DNA of 64,000 nt from Candidatus Yanofskybacteria bacterium RIFCSPLOWO2_01_FULL_42_49 (lineage in GTDB: Bacteria > Patescibacteriota > Minisyncoccia > 2-02-FULL-40-12 > GWA2-44-9), in the NCBI GenBank assembly GCA_001795615.1, contig MGKI01000006.1, positions 3,636-67,635 of the forward strand, read 5' to 3'. Positions 19,138 through 31,564 of the stretch are shown here, one piece after another; position 1 is the stretch's first letter; the number at the start of each line of letters is the position of its first letter. The notes beneath the pieces are model-generated. The model was not told where the DNA came from. It saw nothing but the letters and a program-made list of their open reading frames with translations, and did no database searches. The position numbers were made by a program, and so were the translations under genes.

Positions 19138-20772
19138 TTATATTTTACTCGCTATTGCCGCCTTTATCAACCCGATAAATAAGGGGTGCGGCGACAAGGG
19201 GCGGGATTTAAATTCGGGATGGAATTGAGTAGCAACGAAAAATTTATGGTTAGGCAATTCTATCACCTCAACCAACTGTCTTTGCGGGTTAACTCCGGCA
19301 AGCAGCATTCCGTTTTTTTCAAGGCGTAAGCGGTAGTTGTTGTTCACTTCATAACGATGGCGATGGCGCTCACTAATTAGCTTACTGGCATATAGCGAAT
19401 AGCTTTTAGACTGCGGATTTAGACGACAGTGATACGCCCCCAACCGCATTGAACCGCCCATTTTCTTTTCTTTAATATTTACCAGTTGATCCGGCATCGT
19501 GCATATCACCGGTTTTGGCGTCCCGGGGTCAACTTCAGTGGTATGAGCCCCCTTCAAGCCGCAAACATTACGGGCAAATTCTATGACCGCCAACTGTAAA
19601 CCATAGCACAAGCCCAGAAACGGTATATTGTTTTCTCGCGCAAACCGGATAACGGAAATTTTACCTTCGACTCCCCTTTTGCCGAATCCCCCAGGAATGA
19701 TAATCCCGTTAAAATTCTTTAACTCCTCCAGGGCCGAGAGGTCATTTTCATAATTTTCGGCGCTCAACCATGTTATCTCCGGATCTACCCTTAAGGACCA
19801 TGCGGCGTGCTTTATCGCTTCTAAAACAGAGAGATAAGAGTCCGTCAGTACAAAGTCCCCGGAATTAAAATATTTCCCCACAATGCCTATTTTGACTTTC
19901 TTTGTCGGATTGTTTGATTTATGAATAAACTTTTTCCATTCCCCAAAATCTTTTTTCCTCGCTTTCAATTTTAATTTTTTAAGTATCAAATCACTGAGCC
20001 GGTCTTTTTCAAAATTCAGAGGAATTTCATAAATATTTTTAACATTCGGGGCCGATATTATGTCCTCTCTCCGGAGATTGCAATTCAGCGCCAATTTTTC
20101 TTTTCTGCTGTCGTCAACCGGAACACTGCCTCGAGCCAAGATAATATCCGGCTGCAGACCGGCGGCGTTCAGCGTCCTAACTGCATATTGGGTAGGTTTT
20201 GTTTTTAATTCCGTACCCCCGGCCTCAAGAACCGGAAGCATACTGACTAATACCAGCGCCACATCATCCGGCTGTTTTATTTTTAGCATACGAACGGCCT
20301 CCAAAAATAAAATATTCTGGTATTCTCCGACGGTTCCGCCTATTTCCACAATAACAACTTTTGCGCGATTTTCTTTGGCCGCATTTTTTATTTTTTCTAT
20401 AATAAACAGCGGAATCTGGGGAACCACCTCAACGCACCTGCCGCCATAGTCAAGGTTCCGCTCACGATTGATGACATCAAGATAAATACTGCCAGTGGTC
20501 ATGTAGTTTTTGCTAGACAAACTCCGCCCCAAGAACCTTTCGTAGTTTCCCATATCCTGATCGCATTCCATTCCGTCGTCTAAAACAAAAACCTCACCGT
20601 GTTCGGTGGGATTCATTGTGCCGGCATCAACATTAACATAGGGATCTATTTTGACTGCAGTCGTTTCCAACCCTCTGGCTTGTAAAATCTTGGCGATTGA
20701 AGCAACGGCTACGCCCTTGCCGACTCCAGACATTACTCCGCCCGCCACAAATATGAACTTAATGTCTTTCAT
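19138..20772 (-). CDS. pyrG: CTP synthase
   Basis: GGVMSGVGKG, KIDPYVNVDAGTM.P.EHGE, PGGFG, CYGLQ, ERHRHRYE, QFHPE. Confidence 0.98.
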   Translation of the reverse strand: MKDIKFIFVAGGVMSGVGKGVAVASIAKILQARGLETTAVKIDPYVNVDAGTMNPTEHGEVFVLDDGMECDQDMGNYERFLGRSLSSKNYMTTGSIYLDVINRERNLDYGGRCVEVVPQIPLFIIEKIKNAAKENRAKVVIVEIGGTVGEYQNILFLEAVRMLKIKQPDDVALVLVSMLPVLEAGGTELKTKPTQYAVRTLNAAGLQPDIILARGSVPVDDSRKEKLALNCNLRREDIISAPNVKNIYEIPLNFEKDRLSDLILKKLKLKARKKDFGEWKKFIHKSNNPTKKVKIGIVGKYFNSGDFVLTDSYLSVLEAIKHAAWSLRVDPEITWLSAENYENDLSALEELKNFNGIIIPGGFGKRGVEGKISVIRFARENNIPFLGLCYGLQLAVIEFARNVCGLKGAHTTEVDPGTPKPVICTMPDQLVNIKEKKMGGSMRLGAYHCRLNPQSKSYSLYASKLISERHRHRYEVNNNYRLRLEKNGMLLAGVNPQRQLVEVIELPNHKFFVATQFHPEFKSRPLSPHPLFIGLIKAAIASKI

Positions 20773-20791
20773 TAAAATTATTTTAACACCT

Positions 20792-20830
20792 AAAAACCAA
20801 AAGAGCGGTGGATAACCGCTCTTTTGGTTT

Positions 20831-20832
<2 letters not shown>
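20792..20832 (-). terminator. groEL terminator
   Basis: AAAAACCAAAAGAGCGGT-GGATA-ACCGCTCTTTTGGTTTTT. Confidence 0.85.
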
Positions 20833-22474
<1,642 letters not shown>

Positions 22475-22477
22475 TTA

Positions 22478-22606
22478 ATAATCTCTAATCTCTAATCTCT
22501 AAACCCTAATCTCTAAATAATATCAAACTTCAAAAGTTTTATTTTAAAAGTTTTTGATATTTGGGTTTTGGATTTGTTTAGAAATTAGAAATTCCGCAAT
22601 TTTGAC
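22478..22606. repeat. Heptamer-periodic AT-rich inverted element between groES and groEL
   Basis: (TCTCTAA)n left arm, TTTAGAAATTAG right arm; similar copies at 38.7, 39.9, 49.2 and 62.1 kb. Confidence 0.75.
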
Positions 22607-22891
22607 TTAAGTCAAAATTGCGAGTACATCATCCTCTTTGATTATCAGATATTCTTTTCCGTCGACCTTAACTTCATTCGGGCTGTATTTGGTAAAAAGT
22701 ACCACATTGCCCTTTTTGACATCTATGGGGATATGCTTTCCTTCTTTATCCCTTTTACCGGGACCGACAGCAATAACTTTGCCCTTCTCGGACCGCTCTT
22801 TTTCAACGGTATCAGGCAAGATAATGCTGCCTTTTTTCTTTTCTTCCCTTATTGGTTCGACCAATATATGATCACTTAATGGCTTTATCAT
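22607..22891 (-). CDS. groS: Co-chaperonin GroES
   Basis: MIKPLSDHILV...IILPD...GKVIAVGPG...EDDVLAIL; start refined to ATG 22891. Confidence 0.97.
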   Translation of the reverse strand: MIKPLSDHILVEPIREEKKKGSIILPDTVEKERSEKGKVIAVGPGKRDKEGKHIPIDVKKGNVVLFTKYSPNEVKVDGKEYLIIKEDDVLAILT

Positions 22892-23107
22892 TTCTAACTT
22901 GCTCGCCCTCCGCCAGCTTTCGCTTGGCGGTACGGGCCCTACGGGCTTGCCCGTCTTCTTTGTCAAAATCTACAGAGTTCCTTGACCGGCTAAAGCACGG
23001 TCAGGAAATCACTCCGAGCCCGCTTCTCCTTCACCATACTACATACAGTATGACTCAGTCGAATGCTCGATTTTGCCTCGAATACGGCCAAGCGCGCTGC
23101 GTTATAA
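22892..23107 (-). other. Structured repeat element, copy A (groES 5' leader)
   Basis: Shares ends TTATAACGCAGCGCGCTTGGC and GGCAAGCCCGTAGGGCCCGTACCGC...GCGGAGGGCGAGCAAGTTAGAAA with copy B at 48528-48693. Confidence 0.85.
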
Positions 23108-23153
23108 AAATTGATTATCCCTAGCGACTAGTTTTTGCTAGTGGCTATTTTAG

Positions 23154-23188
23154 TTAGCAGTGTATCCCAACGAGTGCTAATCTGTCAA
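23154..23188 (-). promoter_or_regulatory. CIRCE (HrcA operator) overlapping the groES promoter
   Basis: TTAGCAGTG-N9-GAGTGCTAA at 23154-23180 (consensus TTAGCACTC-N9-GAGTGCTAA); TTGACA at 23188-23183. Confidence 0.85.
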
Positions 23189-23228
23189 CCCCATAACAAA
23201 AAGGCGGCATTGTTGCCGCCGATTATTA

Positions 23229-25097
23229 TTAAAATATCCGCCAGAATTTCAAATAATCAAACCATCTTTTACCTTTCTTTACAGAATCGTCAGGCGAAAC
23301 TTCCAACTTACCAGAGACATTTACCGAAATTGTGAAGGTTGCATCAAAGTCAATGAAATCGCCAAGCAGCGGCGTAACGGTGAGCAGAACTTCTTTGTCG
23401 CTGTTTTGTGGCAACCGACGCAAGGCGCCTTGATCCAATTCGACCCAGCTCCAGTCTGGCTGGACTAGTGACTTAGTCTTCTTTTCGACGGCCTCATCAC
23501 TTGCTTTGGTCGGCGGCATCAACTGTTGAACATAAAGAAGATTTGTCTTTCGATCCGCCGATTCATTCAATCTTCGAATCATATCGCCCAAAGAAGCGGG
23601 CGGTTCCAAACTGGCCTTGTCAACAAATTTATTAGCGCTCTGAACAATAACTGTAACCACTGATGGGCTTACCGGCGGCTTTATCCTATCATTGAAATCC
23701 TCGGGGATTTCAATCGGAATACTGATTTGCTTAGTAGCTCGGCTGGAGTATTCCTCAAGAACGACATTTACATAGACAGTATCACCCGGTTTTGCCGTTC
23801 TTTGCGACAGGAATGATCTTTTAGCCGTCCACACGCTTATTCCTTTAACAAGGTCAATGTGCGTGCTTATCTTTTCAAGGTTGTAGTTGAAACCGCTTTT
23901 ATTTAATTCCTCCAGCGCGGCGCTAACTTTGGTAAAAACTTCGGCAAAAGGATTTCTAACCACTTGCGCCGGCACTAAACTTTTCAGAAAAATTTCCGGC
24001 TCGTCTGTCACGGTTATTCTCGTCTGATAAGATACGGACACGAAACTCGTATCCCCCAACAACTGCTGAACCCAAGCAATCGGCAATTGGTTGATAATCG
24101 CAGAAGCCATGGGACTCTCTGCAATCTCTTCCTGGAACAAAACGAGCTCACCGCCAACATGCAGTTCCGCTTGAAGTGGAAGCATTCTAGCCGTGGAGCC
24201 GATAAGACCGGCCATTTCGTGCGCCCCGTCCATGAGCATTACGCCTTCAGTTTCGAGACTGCAACCAACAATCTTATGGGCTTGATACGGCGTTTGAAGC
24301 GTATCCGCTACCGATACCTGAACGAAAGGATAATTCACCGCACCGGTGCCAAAGAAAGGGTGGCCGAAAATATAGATCTTGTCGCCGTCTCTCCAGGTCA
24401 CCGTTCCTGAACCGCCTACATCTCGAGAACCTCTGGCCAGAAAAACAGTTACCATTGAGCCGGGTTTGATATCGCTCTTGACCGATTCGTCGCAAACATC
24501 ACCCGCTGAACTTCCCTGAACAGGCAAAGAACCAACACCACCAATGCCGGAAAAAAGCATTAAATTGTAGAACTCTCTGCCGTCAACAACAACTTTGTTT
24601 GGAGGACGAACCGAGAACTGGCTCGACACCCCATAACCGCCTAACCGACTTCCCAACATATATCCCGCCGGGGTTAGTAAGACATTCGTTCCGCCAACGA
24701 TAAAATAGCCGGCGGCATAGCTCAAAGACCCGACAAGAAACACATCGTTATCGGCAAGAACTGCTTTACTTACACACTCATCAAGCTCAAGACAATCACC
24801 GATGAATATCGGACTGCCGCTCATTCCGGCAATAGCGCCGATCTTTTCCAAAGCCGTTTCCATCGGACCACCGGAAATATGAGACAATATCAAATTAAAT
24901 CCCTCAGCATCAGTTACCCCTCTCAATTCAACATCGAACCGCTTAGGCTCAACTCCCCTGAAAACGGAAAATCCAACGGCCTTTGTGCCAAATTGAACTT
25001 CAGATAATTCCAAGATCTTGGGAGTTTGGGCGAAAACCGGCGGACCGGTCAGCAGTATAAACAAAACCGAAGACAGAAAAACTCTGAACATTTTCAC
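23229..25097 (-). CDS. SpoIVB/peptidase S55-like secreted protein
   Basis: Signal peptide; GAIAGMSGSPIF catalytic-Ser motif; GTVTWRDGDKIYIFGHPF. Confidence 0.8.
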   Translation of the reverse strand: MKMFRVFLSSVLFILLTGPPVFAQTPKILELSEVQFGTKAVGFSVFRGVEPKRFDVELRGVTDAEGFNLILSHISGGPMETALEKIGAIAGMSGSPIFIGDCLELDECVSKAVLADNDVFLVGSLSYAAGYFIVGGTNVLLTPAGYMLGSRLGGYGVSSQFSVRPPNKVVVDGREFYNLMLFSGIGGVGSLPVQGSSAGDVCDESVKSDIKPGSMVTVFLARGSRDVGGSGTVTWRDGDKIYIFGHPFFGTGAVNYPFVQVSVADTLQTPYQAHKIVGCSLETEGVMLMDGAHEMAGLIGSTARMLPLQAELHVGGELVLFQEEIAESPMASAIINQLPIAWVQQLLGDTSFVSVSYQTRITVTDEPEIFLKSLVPAQVVRNPFAEVFTKVSAALEELNKSGFNYNLEKISTHIDLVKGISVWTAKRSFLSQRTAKPGDTVYVNVVLEEYSSRATKQISIPIEIPEDFNDRIKPPVSPSVVTVIVQSANKFVDKASLEPPASLGDMIRRLNESADRKTNLLYVQQLMPPTKASDEAVEKKTKSLVQPDWSWVELDQGALRRLPQNSDKEVLLTVTPLLGDFIDFDATFTISVNVSGKLEVSPDDSVKKGKRWFDYLKFWRIF

Positions 25098-25162
25098 CCT
25101 TTTAGTTAACGAACTTAGCCGAAAGTTAACATAATTAAAAAAAGACGCAATACGGCTATTTT

Positions 25163-26158
25163 CTAGGAGAGACCCGAATCATTTTCCAATTCGCTTGAGA
25201 TGCCCGCTTTCTTTAACTTGTTATTGTAGTTATCGATAACAATTCGCTCGAAAGAACGCGGATGGAATTCGAGTTCTTTGTCGTTGAAAATTATCCGGCC
25301 GCCGGATTCATAAGTTGCGGGGTTGTTTTTTATTCTTCTCTGTTGAAACGATCTAAGTAATTTTTCCAGGAAATCTCCGAAAAAGTTATTTAACGCATAT
25401 TCTCCGACCTTAGCCAGAGCAATCATAATCCTGCTTGGCCTAACGCCTCTATATTCTCCCGTCTGCTTAAAATTATGACAATAAAAATTAGCCCATTTAT
25501 TCGACGCCATGAAATTATTAATGACCCCATTAGAAACAATCGCCGGTTTCATGTTGGCCAACGACTGCGCAATATATAAACTGCGATGGGTTAATTCTAA
25601 ATTATCGTCGGTTACATAATGGTTAAAACAGAGCTTATCTGGAGCAACAAGATCAAACCGGCCGCGTCTTGCTCCCAATATTGAAGAAATAATCCACAAA
25701 AAAACCCGTCCAGTGTAAAGCCTGCCGGATTTAATGACGACAAAAACATCAAAATCGCTTTTAGGGTCGGGGTTATTGGCCGCAAGCGAACCGCTGACAA
25801 AAACAGCCCGAAGATACGGCGCCGCTTGAAGATGTTTCGCTAACCGCAAAAATTTTTTCCATTTCTTGCCGGCCAGCTTGTCTTTTTCAATTCTTTCTTC
25901 ATACAAGTTTTCCCTTCCCGGCATAAAATAAAATCCGTTCTTGTGGCCCACAACACCCGCTCTTGCCATGTTGTCCAGTTCTTCGGCAATATCTACCGCC
26001 TCAATGTTAAAAACCGAGCTTTTAACATTTGGATGGGAAAATCTTCCCGGATTTATAAGGTATTTATAAACCTCGGCGAGTGTGAGCGGAAAATCAAAAG
26101 CGTCATAGTAAATAATCGTCGCCAGAATTGGACTGCGGATATCCATCATTAAAAACAT
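25163..26158 (-). CDS. Polymerase-beta-like nucleotidyltransferase-domain protein
   Basis: VSGSLA....SDFDVFVV motif; N-terminal YYDAFDFPLT..E winged-helix-like segment. Confidence 0.7.
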   Translation of the reverse strand: MFLMMDIRSPILATIIYYDAFDFPLTLAEVYKYLINPGRFSHPNVKSSVFNIEAVDIAEELDNMARAGVVGHKNGFYFMPGRENLYEERIEKDKLAGKKWKKFLRLAKHLQAAPYLRAVFVSGSLAANNPDPKSDFDVFVVIKSGRLYTGRVFLWIISSILGARRGRFDLVAPDKLCFNHYVTDDNLELTHRSLYIAQSLANMKPAIVSNGVINNFMASNKWANFYCHNFKQTGEYRGVRPSRIMIALAKVGEYALNNFFGDFLEKLLRSFQQRRIKNNPATYESGGRIIFNDKELEFHPRSFERIVIDNYNNKLKKAGISSELENDSGLS

Positions 26159-26207
26159 ATACTAAAGATTAAAAATTAAAAAGTCCGCGCAAAATAGAGC
26201 GGACATT

Positions 26208-27371
26208 TTATTCGTTTCGCAAGTATCCCTGAAAGGGGTAAGTTACAATTCCCAAAGCCAGAAATCCAATTGCGGCCAGCAAACAGTATTGCCAGAACTG
26301 TCGGTCGTTATCTCCCGCGACAAATTCAAATAACGGCCGTCGATTTGAATCCAGTACGTGACCCAGATATTGTCTCGCATTGCCCTGTGAATTTTCCACT
26401 GTCCAGTCATACCCCAACAGATCGGCTCCTGTTGTCTTCGCCAAGCTAGAAAGCCGATCTCTGTCTAAACGCGTGACTTGGCCGATCCACTCTTTATCAA
26501 GCTCTGGGGGATAGGTCCCTTTTTTGTAGCCTTTCAGCAAAAAAAGCCAGCTTACGCCTGTTCTTGTGCCTATGCCAACGGGATATATTTTCAATCCTCG
26601 CTTTTTGTATTCGGCCATAACTTTATCGTATTTTTTGACATAATCGGCCCTAAGTTTAGCTTCTGCTTCGTTTTTGGGTTTGGAGTTGAAGAACTGATCC
26701 TCCCCATCGGAAAAAACAAGAACTATTCTGTTTGTTCTTTTTTTAGGATTATATCTTTGGTTGTATTCCTTACCTTCCAGAAAAGCATCCTGCCTATCCA
26801 ATGACTGATAAATATGCTCAAACGCGGTTGCAAAATCGGTATCGAAAATTGTTTCGTCGCTTAAACTACCGGAGAGACCTGCTCGCGAAACTTGGTCAAA
26901 AAATGTTCCAAAGTCGCTAGTTAGATTAAGCTTGATATGAGATTCTTTTCCGAAGATGAAAAGCCCGACCCTATCGCCTTCTCTCATGAACGAATCGATG
27001 CTAAGTATTTCTCTTCTGGCTATTTCAAGACGCGAAGGCTTGATGTCATCGGCTTTCATGGAAAATGAGTTGTCAAATAAAACGATAACTTGCACATCAC
27101 CGTTAGTCGGTTTTATTTCACTGCCGGAAACAGCCGGCCTAGCCAAAGCAATTACCATCAATATGGTCGAGGCAAGAGCAAAAACGCCCCAAAGCTTAAT
27201 CTTGCCGATAATCGGATATTTTGAACCGTAGGTTTGTTCAGGCCTTGAAAATAACCCAAGCACGACGATTAACAGCCAAAGAAAAAATATGGGCGCAATC
27301 AGCAATAACGCCCATAAATATAACGGCTCAGAAAAAGTAAAATTCCCCAAAAATCTCCCGATAAAGTACAT
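26208..27371 (-). CDS. VWA-domain membrane protein (BatB/MxaL-like)
   Basis: F.EP..LW N-terminal TM, LARP, MIDAS DNSFSM, PSRL, FSDGED, C-terminal TM. Confidence 0.85.
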   Translation of the reverse strand: MYFIGRFLGNFTFSEPLYLWALLLIAPIFFLWLLIVVLGLFSRPEQTYGSKYPIIGKIKLWGVFALASTILMVIALARPAVSGSEIKPTNGDVQVIVLFDNSFSMKADDIKPSRLEIARREILSIDSFMREGDRVGLFIFGKESHIKLNLTSDFGTFFDQVSRAGLSGSLSDETIFDTDFATAFEHIYQSLDRQDAFLEGKEYNQRYNPKKRTNRIVLVFSDGEDQFFNSKPKNEAEAKLRADYVKKYDKVMAEYKKRGLKIYPVGIGTRTGVSWLFLLKGYKKGTYPPELDKEWIGQVTRLDRDRLSSLAKTTGADLLGYDWTVENSQGNARQYLGHVLDSNRRPLFEFVAGDNDRQFWQYCLLAAIGFLALGIVTYPFQGYLRNE

Positions 27372-27373
27372 GA

Positions 27374-28093
27374 TTACGGCCTCCTTTGAGGACCGCCCCC
27401 GCCGGGATGTTTTTCATCTTGCTTTGATCGGGCTGGAAATTTACCGGGCGGCTCGCCGGGACCGTCATCTTTCTCTTTTATGGGACCCAGGATAAATTCC
27501 GGGGGAGTATTGCCCGGCTGAATTATGGCTTCTTGAGCGTCTTTTTTGTTACCGGAAATATCATAATTCCAAACCCGGTCAAAACATTCAAGATATTCTG
27601 AAACTTTCAAACAGTTCCTTAGGTCTCTCTCAAAATCCTGTCGCACTTCGGTCATAACAAAGTCCAAGGGTGCTTCAATCTTATGAGTAGCCCTATACTG
27701 GACTTGAGCCTGCCTAAATTTGGCAATTCCGTAAAGAAAGGACCTGGGATCTTCCTGTTTATCCTTTAGTTTATTCCTGACCTCTTCCCAATTCTCCGTC
27801 AAATATGTGTCGGCCACTTCGTAGAAAAAAGCGTCGGTGAAAAGATATCTATCCGCCAACCATTGAATTCTCCACTTCGCACTTAAAGCGTAGAAGTAGT
27901 GAAGTTGTCCAAGCTCTTCTTCTGTCCCGACAGAATCGCCCATTTGAAGATAGAAATTGAACTTTTTGACATGGTCGCAAAAATCTCGAATCGTAAGGGT
28001 CGGTACAGCAACAGCAACAGCAATCACGGCCAGCAAAAGTAGTTTGGCAATCAATCTGACCCAACTTCTCGTCTTAACAGCCTTAGTCTTCAT
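27374..28093 (-). CDS. Membrane-anchored helical protein (MxaK/BatC-like position)
   Basis: N-terminal TM, helical core with weak TPR-like resemblance, Pro/Gly-rich tail; between two VWA genes. Confidence 0.6.
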   Translation of the reverse strand: MKTKAVKTRSWVRLIAKLLLLAVIAVAVAVPTLTIRDFCDHVKKFNFYLQMGDSVGTEEELGQLHYFYALSAKWRIQWLADRYLFTDAFFYEVADTYLTENWEEVRNKLKDKQEDPRSFLYGIAKFRQAQVQYRATHKIEAPLDFVMTEVRQDFERDLRNCLKVSEYLECFDRVWNYDISGNKKDAQEAIIQPGNTPPEFILGPIKEKDDGPGEPPGKFPARSKQDEKHPGGGGPQRRP

Positions 28094-28213
28094 GGATACC
28101 TCGCATTGTCAATGTTCTGATTAGGGCCAATTGTAAAACAAGTTCGTCGGGAAGGCAAGACAACTTAAAATCCCTCGCCAATTTTAAGAAATTGGCGAGG
28201 GATTAACAAAAAA

Positions 28214-29365
28214 TTATGGGAATTCTTCTCTTACAATAACCCCCAAAATCATGGCAAAAAACGACAACACTAGAGCAACCATCAGCGGGCGCTGGAAAAT
28301 AAGAACTCTGAAAAGATGACGGACAATATCAAACGGAGCAGTTTCCAGCCTGTTTATCTCGGCATAAGCCCGTTCGGCGCTTGCCCTGTCGCTGACATCG
28401 AACACAACACCGCCATACTGCCTTACTCTCTGTTTAGTAAGTTCGGCGGTTTCAAGTTTCCACGAAGCATTAAATTGCCTCTCGCCAATCTCATTTGGCT
28501 TAACATGGATCATGTAGGGAATAATATTTCTCTTTCTAAGTTCCATGAATTCAGTTTCCGGATCCGCTTCAACCGCCGCATCGGTTACGATAAGCAGCGA
28601 CTTTCTCCTTATATCTTTTCGGCCTTCTTCATCAAAATATTTTATAACCGCTCGGAGACCGCCTATCAAGTTGGTAGCGGCTTCGGTTTCTATTATTTTT
28701 ACCTTATCCCTGGGAACAATATTATCTAGATATTGGTCGTTGATATCGTTTTCAGGCAAAGACCAATGTGCTCGATTAACCATTACGCACGGAGCATCCT
28801 CCACCTGCATCATATAAACATCGTCGTCGATTATAAAACCCTCTCTCATGTAGGGGTTATTGGAGAAAACCCAAAGAGAAACTCTATCATTCTGGCCGCG
28901 TCTCATTCTTAAAAATCTAAGGTGAGCATCTCTCGTCACTTCGCAAGCAGATTTTCCGGAATTACCAAAAGGCCAGCCCATAGAAGACGAATTATCTATA
29001 AGCTCCGCTCTTTCTCTTGATTCAACGATTGTTTCAATCTTTGTTCTGGGAAGATAAGGATTAGCAAGAGTTATCAGCAAAAAGACCGCGGACAAACCAA
29101 GCAAGAACTTGGGAAATGCGCAAATCAATCGGCGAAGCAGACTTGCCGACTCATCATATTCAGCCGGTATTTCGTGCCCGGAATAATTGTGACGAAATTT
29201 GTTCCTTCCCCAAAGCATCTTGCACAAAAACACAGTGAGAAGAAAAAGGCCCGCCCCAAGGGCAAGGCCTAAAGAGCCAAAACTGACCTGTCCAAAATCC
29301 GTATCTTTAAAACTTACTAAAACCGACCAGATGAGGTTAAGGACTTCCTTCGTTCGGTCAAGCAT
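28214..29365 (-). CDS. VWA-domain membrane protein (BatA/MxaC-like)
   Basis: Two N-terminal TMs, LANP, MIDAS DNSSSM, DRVSL.VF, VTDA, I..LE, C-terminal TM. Confidence 0.82.
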   Translation of the reverse strand: MLDRTKEVLNLIWSVLVSFKDTDFGQVSFGSLGLALGAGLFLLTVFLCKMLWGRNKFRHNYSGHEIPAEYDESASLLRRLICAFPKFLLGLSAVFLLITLANPYLPRTKIETIVESRERAELIDNSSSMGWPFGNSGKSACEVTRDAHLRFLRMRRGQNDRVSLWVFSNNPYMREGFIIDDDVYMMQVEDAPCVMVNRAHWSLPENDINDQYLDNIVPRDKVKIIETEAATNLIGGLRAVIKYFDEEGRKDIRRKSLLIVTDAAVEADPETEFMELRKRNIIPYMIHVKPNEIGERQFNASWKLETAELTKQRVRQYGGVVFDVSDRASAERAYAEINRLETAPFDIVRHLFRVLIFQRPLMVALVLSFFAMILGVIVREEFP

Positions 29366-29370
29366 ATCGG

Positions 29371-30564
29371 TTACCTCCGCAGACTTCTATAAACAAGATT
29401 TCTTGCCGCATTTAAGAATTTTTGCCGCAAACTGATGTGTTGGACAATGCTTCTCAATTGGCCAATCTCTGTTTTCGGGCTTATCAAGCAATTGCCCGAT
29501 TCCAAACTTTCATAATAACTGTCGGACTTGAGAACAAGCGCAAGAACCACGCCGTATCTACGGCCCAGTTGTTTCTTTTGTTTATCGCTAAGGCCGATGA
29601 GATATTTGCATATTTCTTTAGGGGTCTGGGCATCGAAAACCCTGACTGAACCTTCGGAAAGTTCGGCCAAGATAAACGGCCTGACGAGCTGATAAAGTCT
29701 AGCCGCGGCCAAATCCCGCGTTTCTTTGTTTTCGTCCAGTGACGCAAACTCCTTCTCCAGCGCGTTAAGTCTCTGAAAAAATCTCTTCCTTGCTTTTTTG
29801 AGAGAGATGCTTGGCGTTGCCGTATTGGTAACTTCCTCAACAACGGTTTCAGAAGCATCATTGCCCTCATCTGTCTTTTGAGATTTCGGTTGGCGGTAAA
29901 ACCTAAACAGGACAACTAGGGCCGAAAGGAACATTAGGCCAATAGTTCCATAAGCAATCTGATTTGCCCTGATTGCCATGGTTTCAAAATTATCGAATTG
30001 GATTCCATCTCTTACATTAACAGTCGGCGGCCTAACAACGCTGGTAACATAGACGATGCCAACTTCTTTGGTTGGAAACTCCTGTAACTCTCCAATATCT
30101 TTGACCTCAGCAACGGTAGTGCCGGCTCCTTTTCTGGCCCATATAAAGTTGAACGAGGGTAGTTTATAACTGCCCTTGCGTTCGTTAATTATCAAAAATG
30201 TATAAGTAAAATCTTGTACATTAATGTACCCCGTCTCATCATTGCCATCCCTAATTTTCTCTCCGATGGCAAGACTAACGACTTCGGCCTGAACATTGAT
30301 GACTTCTGGTACCGCTGATTTAGGTTTTTGACCCCCATCTTCTACAAGAAGAGCTAGAGAATTAAGCTGCATCTGATCCTCGATAATAAGCACGGCGTCC
30401 GTATATGTTGCCCGGTAGTTAACTGCGAATGACTCACCTGACTTGACTACACTCGGAATTGGCTTGCCGGTTTCAACGATAATCGGAGACATTTTTTGGG
30501 CGAAAGCTCCGAACGGCGTGGAAATAAGGAATACGAAAGCCAAACCAATCAGTTTGTATGTCAT
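29371..30564 (-). CDS. Signal-peptide + TM protein (MxaA/BatD-like position)
   Basis: Signal peptide, Ig-like beta-rich region (GSYKLPSF.F.W), central TM; follows DUF58 gene. Confidence 0.6.
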   Translation of the reverse strand: MTYKLIGLAFVFLISTPFGAFAQKMSPIIVETGKPIPSVVKSGESFAVNYRATYTDAVLIIEDQMQLNSLALLVEDGGQKPKSAVPEVINVQAEVVSLAIGEKIRDGNDETGYINVQDFTYTFLIINERKGSYKLPSFNFIWARKGAGTTVAEVKDIGELQEFPTKEVGIVYVTSVVRPPTVNVRDGIQFDNFETMAIRANQIAYGTIGLMFLSALVVLFRFYRQPKSQKTDEGNDASETVVEEVTNTATPSISLKKARKRFFQRLNALEKEFASLDENKETRDLAAARLYQLVRPFILAELSEGSVRVFDAQTPKEICKYLIGLSDKQKKQLGRRYGVVLALVLKSDSYYESLESGNCLISPKTEIGQLRSIVQHISLRQKFLNAARNLVYRSLRR

Positions 30565-30634
30565 TTTTCTTCACCAAATTATAAAAGTGCTTGCCAAAGA
30601 TGGTAATTAAAAAAGGCGCCATTGTCAACGCGCC

Positions 30635-31564
30635 TTAAGACCTAAACAATTCTTGCCTAATAAGAAAGAATCTCTGTAGTCTTTGAAAATGTTTGCCGTA
30701 TTCTAAAACGATAGAGTCAATCCCAATTCCTCGCAGTTTCTCTCTTTCAGCTTTTCTTATTTTTCGTATATTGATACCTAGCTCTTTTATCTTCCTGCGA
30801 GCCACGACCGTTTGCTTTCCTGTTTCCATATTTCTCATCTTTAGATGTCCAGCTATACTTTTACTTTCAAATTCAACCGGATCGTCAAGAAAAATAAATA
30901 CCATTTCGTGATGCGATAGTATGTCTTCTAATACTTTGGGGTTGGGTAGGTTTTGTAATCCTATGAAGTCCGAAACAACTATTATAAGGCAGTTAGTATT
31001 AACATAAGTCCTCATAAGAAAGTCAAATGCGTTATAAAAATCAGTTCTGCGTCTATCCAACTTCCCCTTACCATCTGAATAAAAACCGTTAAATAATTCG
31101 TATAACTGTTCAGTCAGATAAAAAACATGGTCTTCTCCAACCTTAGGCAATTCATTAATAACAACATCCTCGGCAAAACCAATCAGTCCCATTGGATCTT
31201 GGGCGTGAAAACAAGCTAATCCTATATCCCCCAGGGTCTCAAGAAGCATCCTTTCTTTATGCTGGCAATCCCTAACTCCAAACGCCATAGAAGTCGAGAG
31301 ATCAGCCATCATTATAACGGAAAAATCCTTTGTAACCTTAGACTCCCTTACGAATACTTTATCTCTGGTCATAGACCGCCAATCAATTTGAGCGATAGAA
31401 TGAACCTGCGGATCATACTCCACCACTCTATCAAAATCATGGCCATCTCCCCTAAATTGACTTCTGTGTTCACCAAATCGAATACTTCTAGACGGCAATT
31501 CGATCGGCAAGGTGTCAGCCGCCCGATAAACACTCGAAAATACTTCTTCGAGGGTAAATGTCAT
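30635..31564 (-). CDS. DUF58 family protein (MxaS-like)
   Basis: GEHRSQFRGDGHDF..VVEY......IDW, DLSTSM.FG, VVSDF. Confidence 0.9.
   Translation of the reverse strand: MTFTLEEVFSSVYRAADTLPIELPSRSIRFGEHRSQFRGDGHDFDRVVEYDPQVHSIAQIDWRSMTRDKVFVRESKVTKDFSVIMMADLSTSMAFGVRDCQHKERMLLETLGDIGLACFHAQDPMGLIGFAEDVVINELPKVGEDHVFYLTEQLYELFNGFYSDGKGKLDRRRTDFYNAFDFLMRTYVNTNCLIIVVSDFIGLQNLPNPKVLEDILSHHEMVFIFLDDPVEFESKSIAGHLKMRNMETGKQTVVARRKIKELGINIRKIRKAEREKLRGIGIDSIVLEYGKHFQRLQRFFLIRQELFRS

Noticed and set aside
22892-22966. N-terminal extension of GroES in the ORF track
   Set aside because: It translates the structured repeat element; GroES homology begins at MIKPL (22891)
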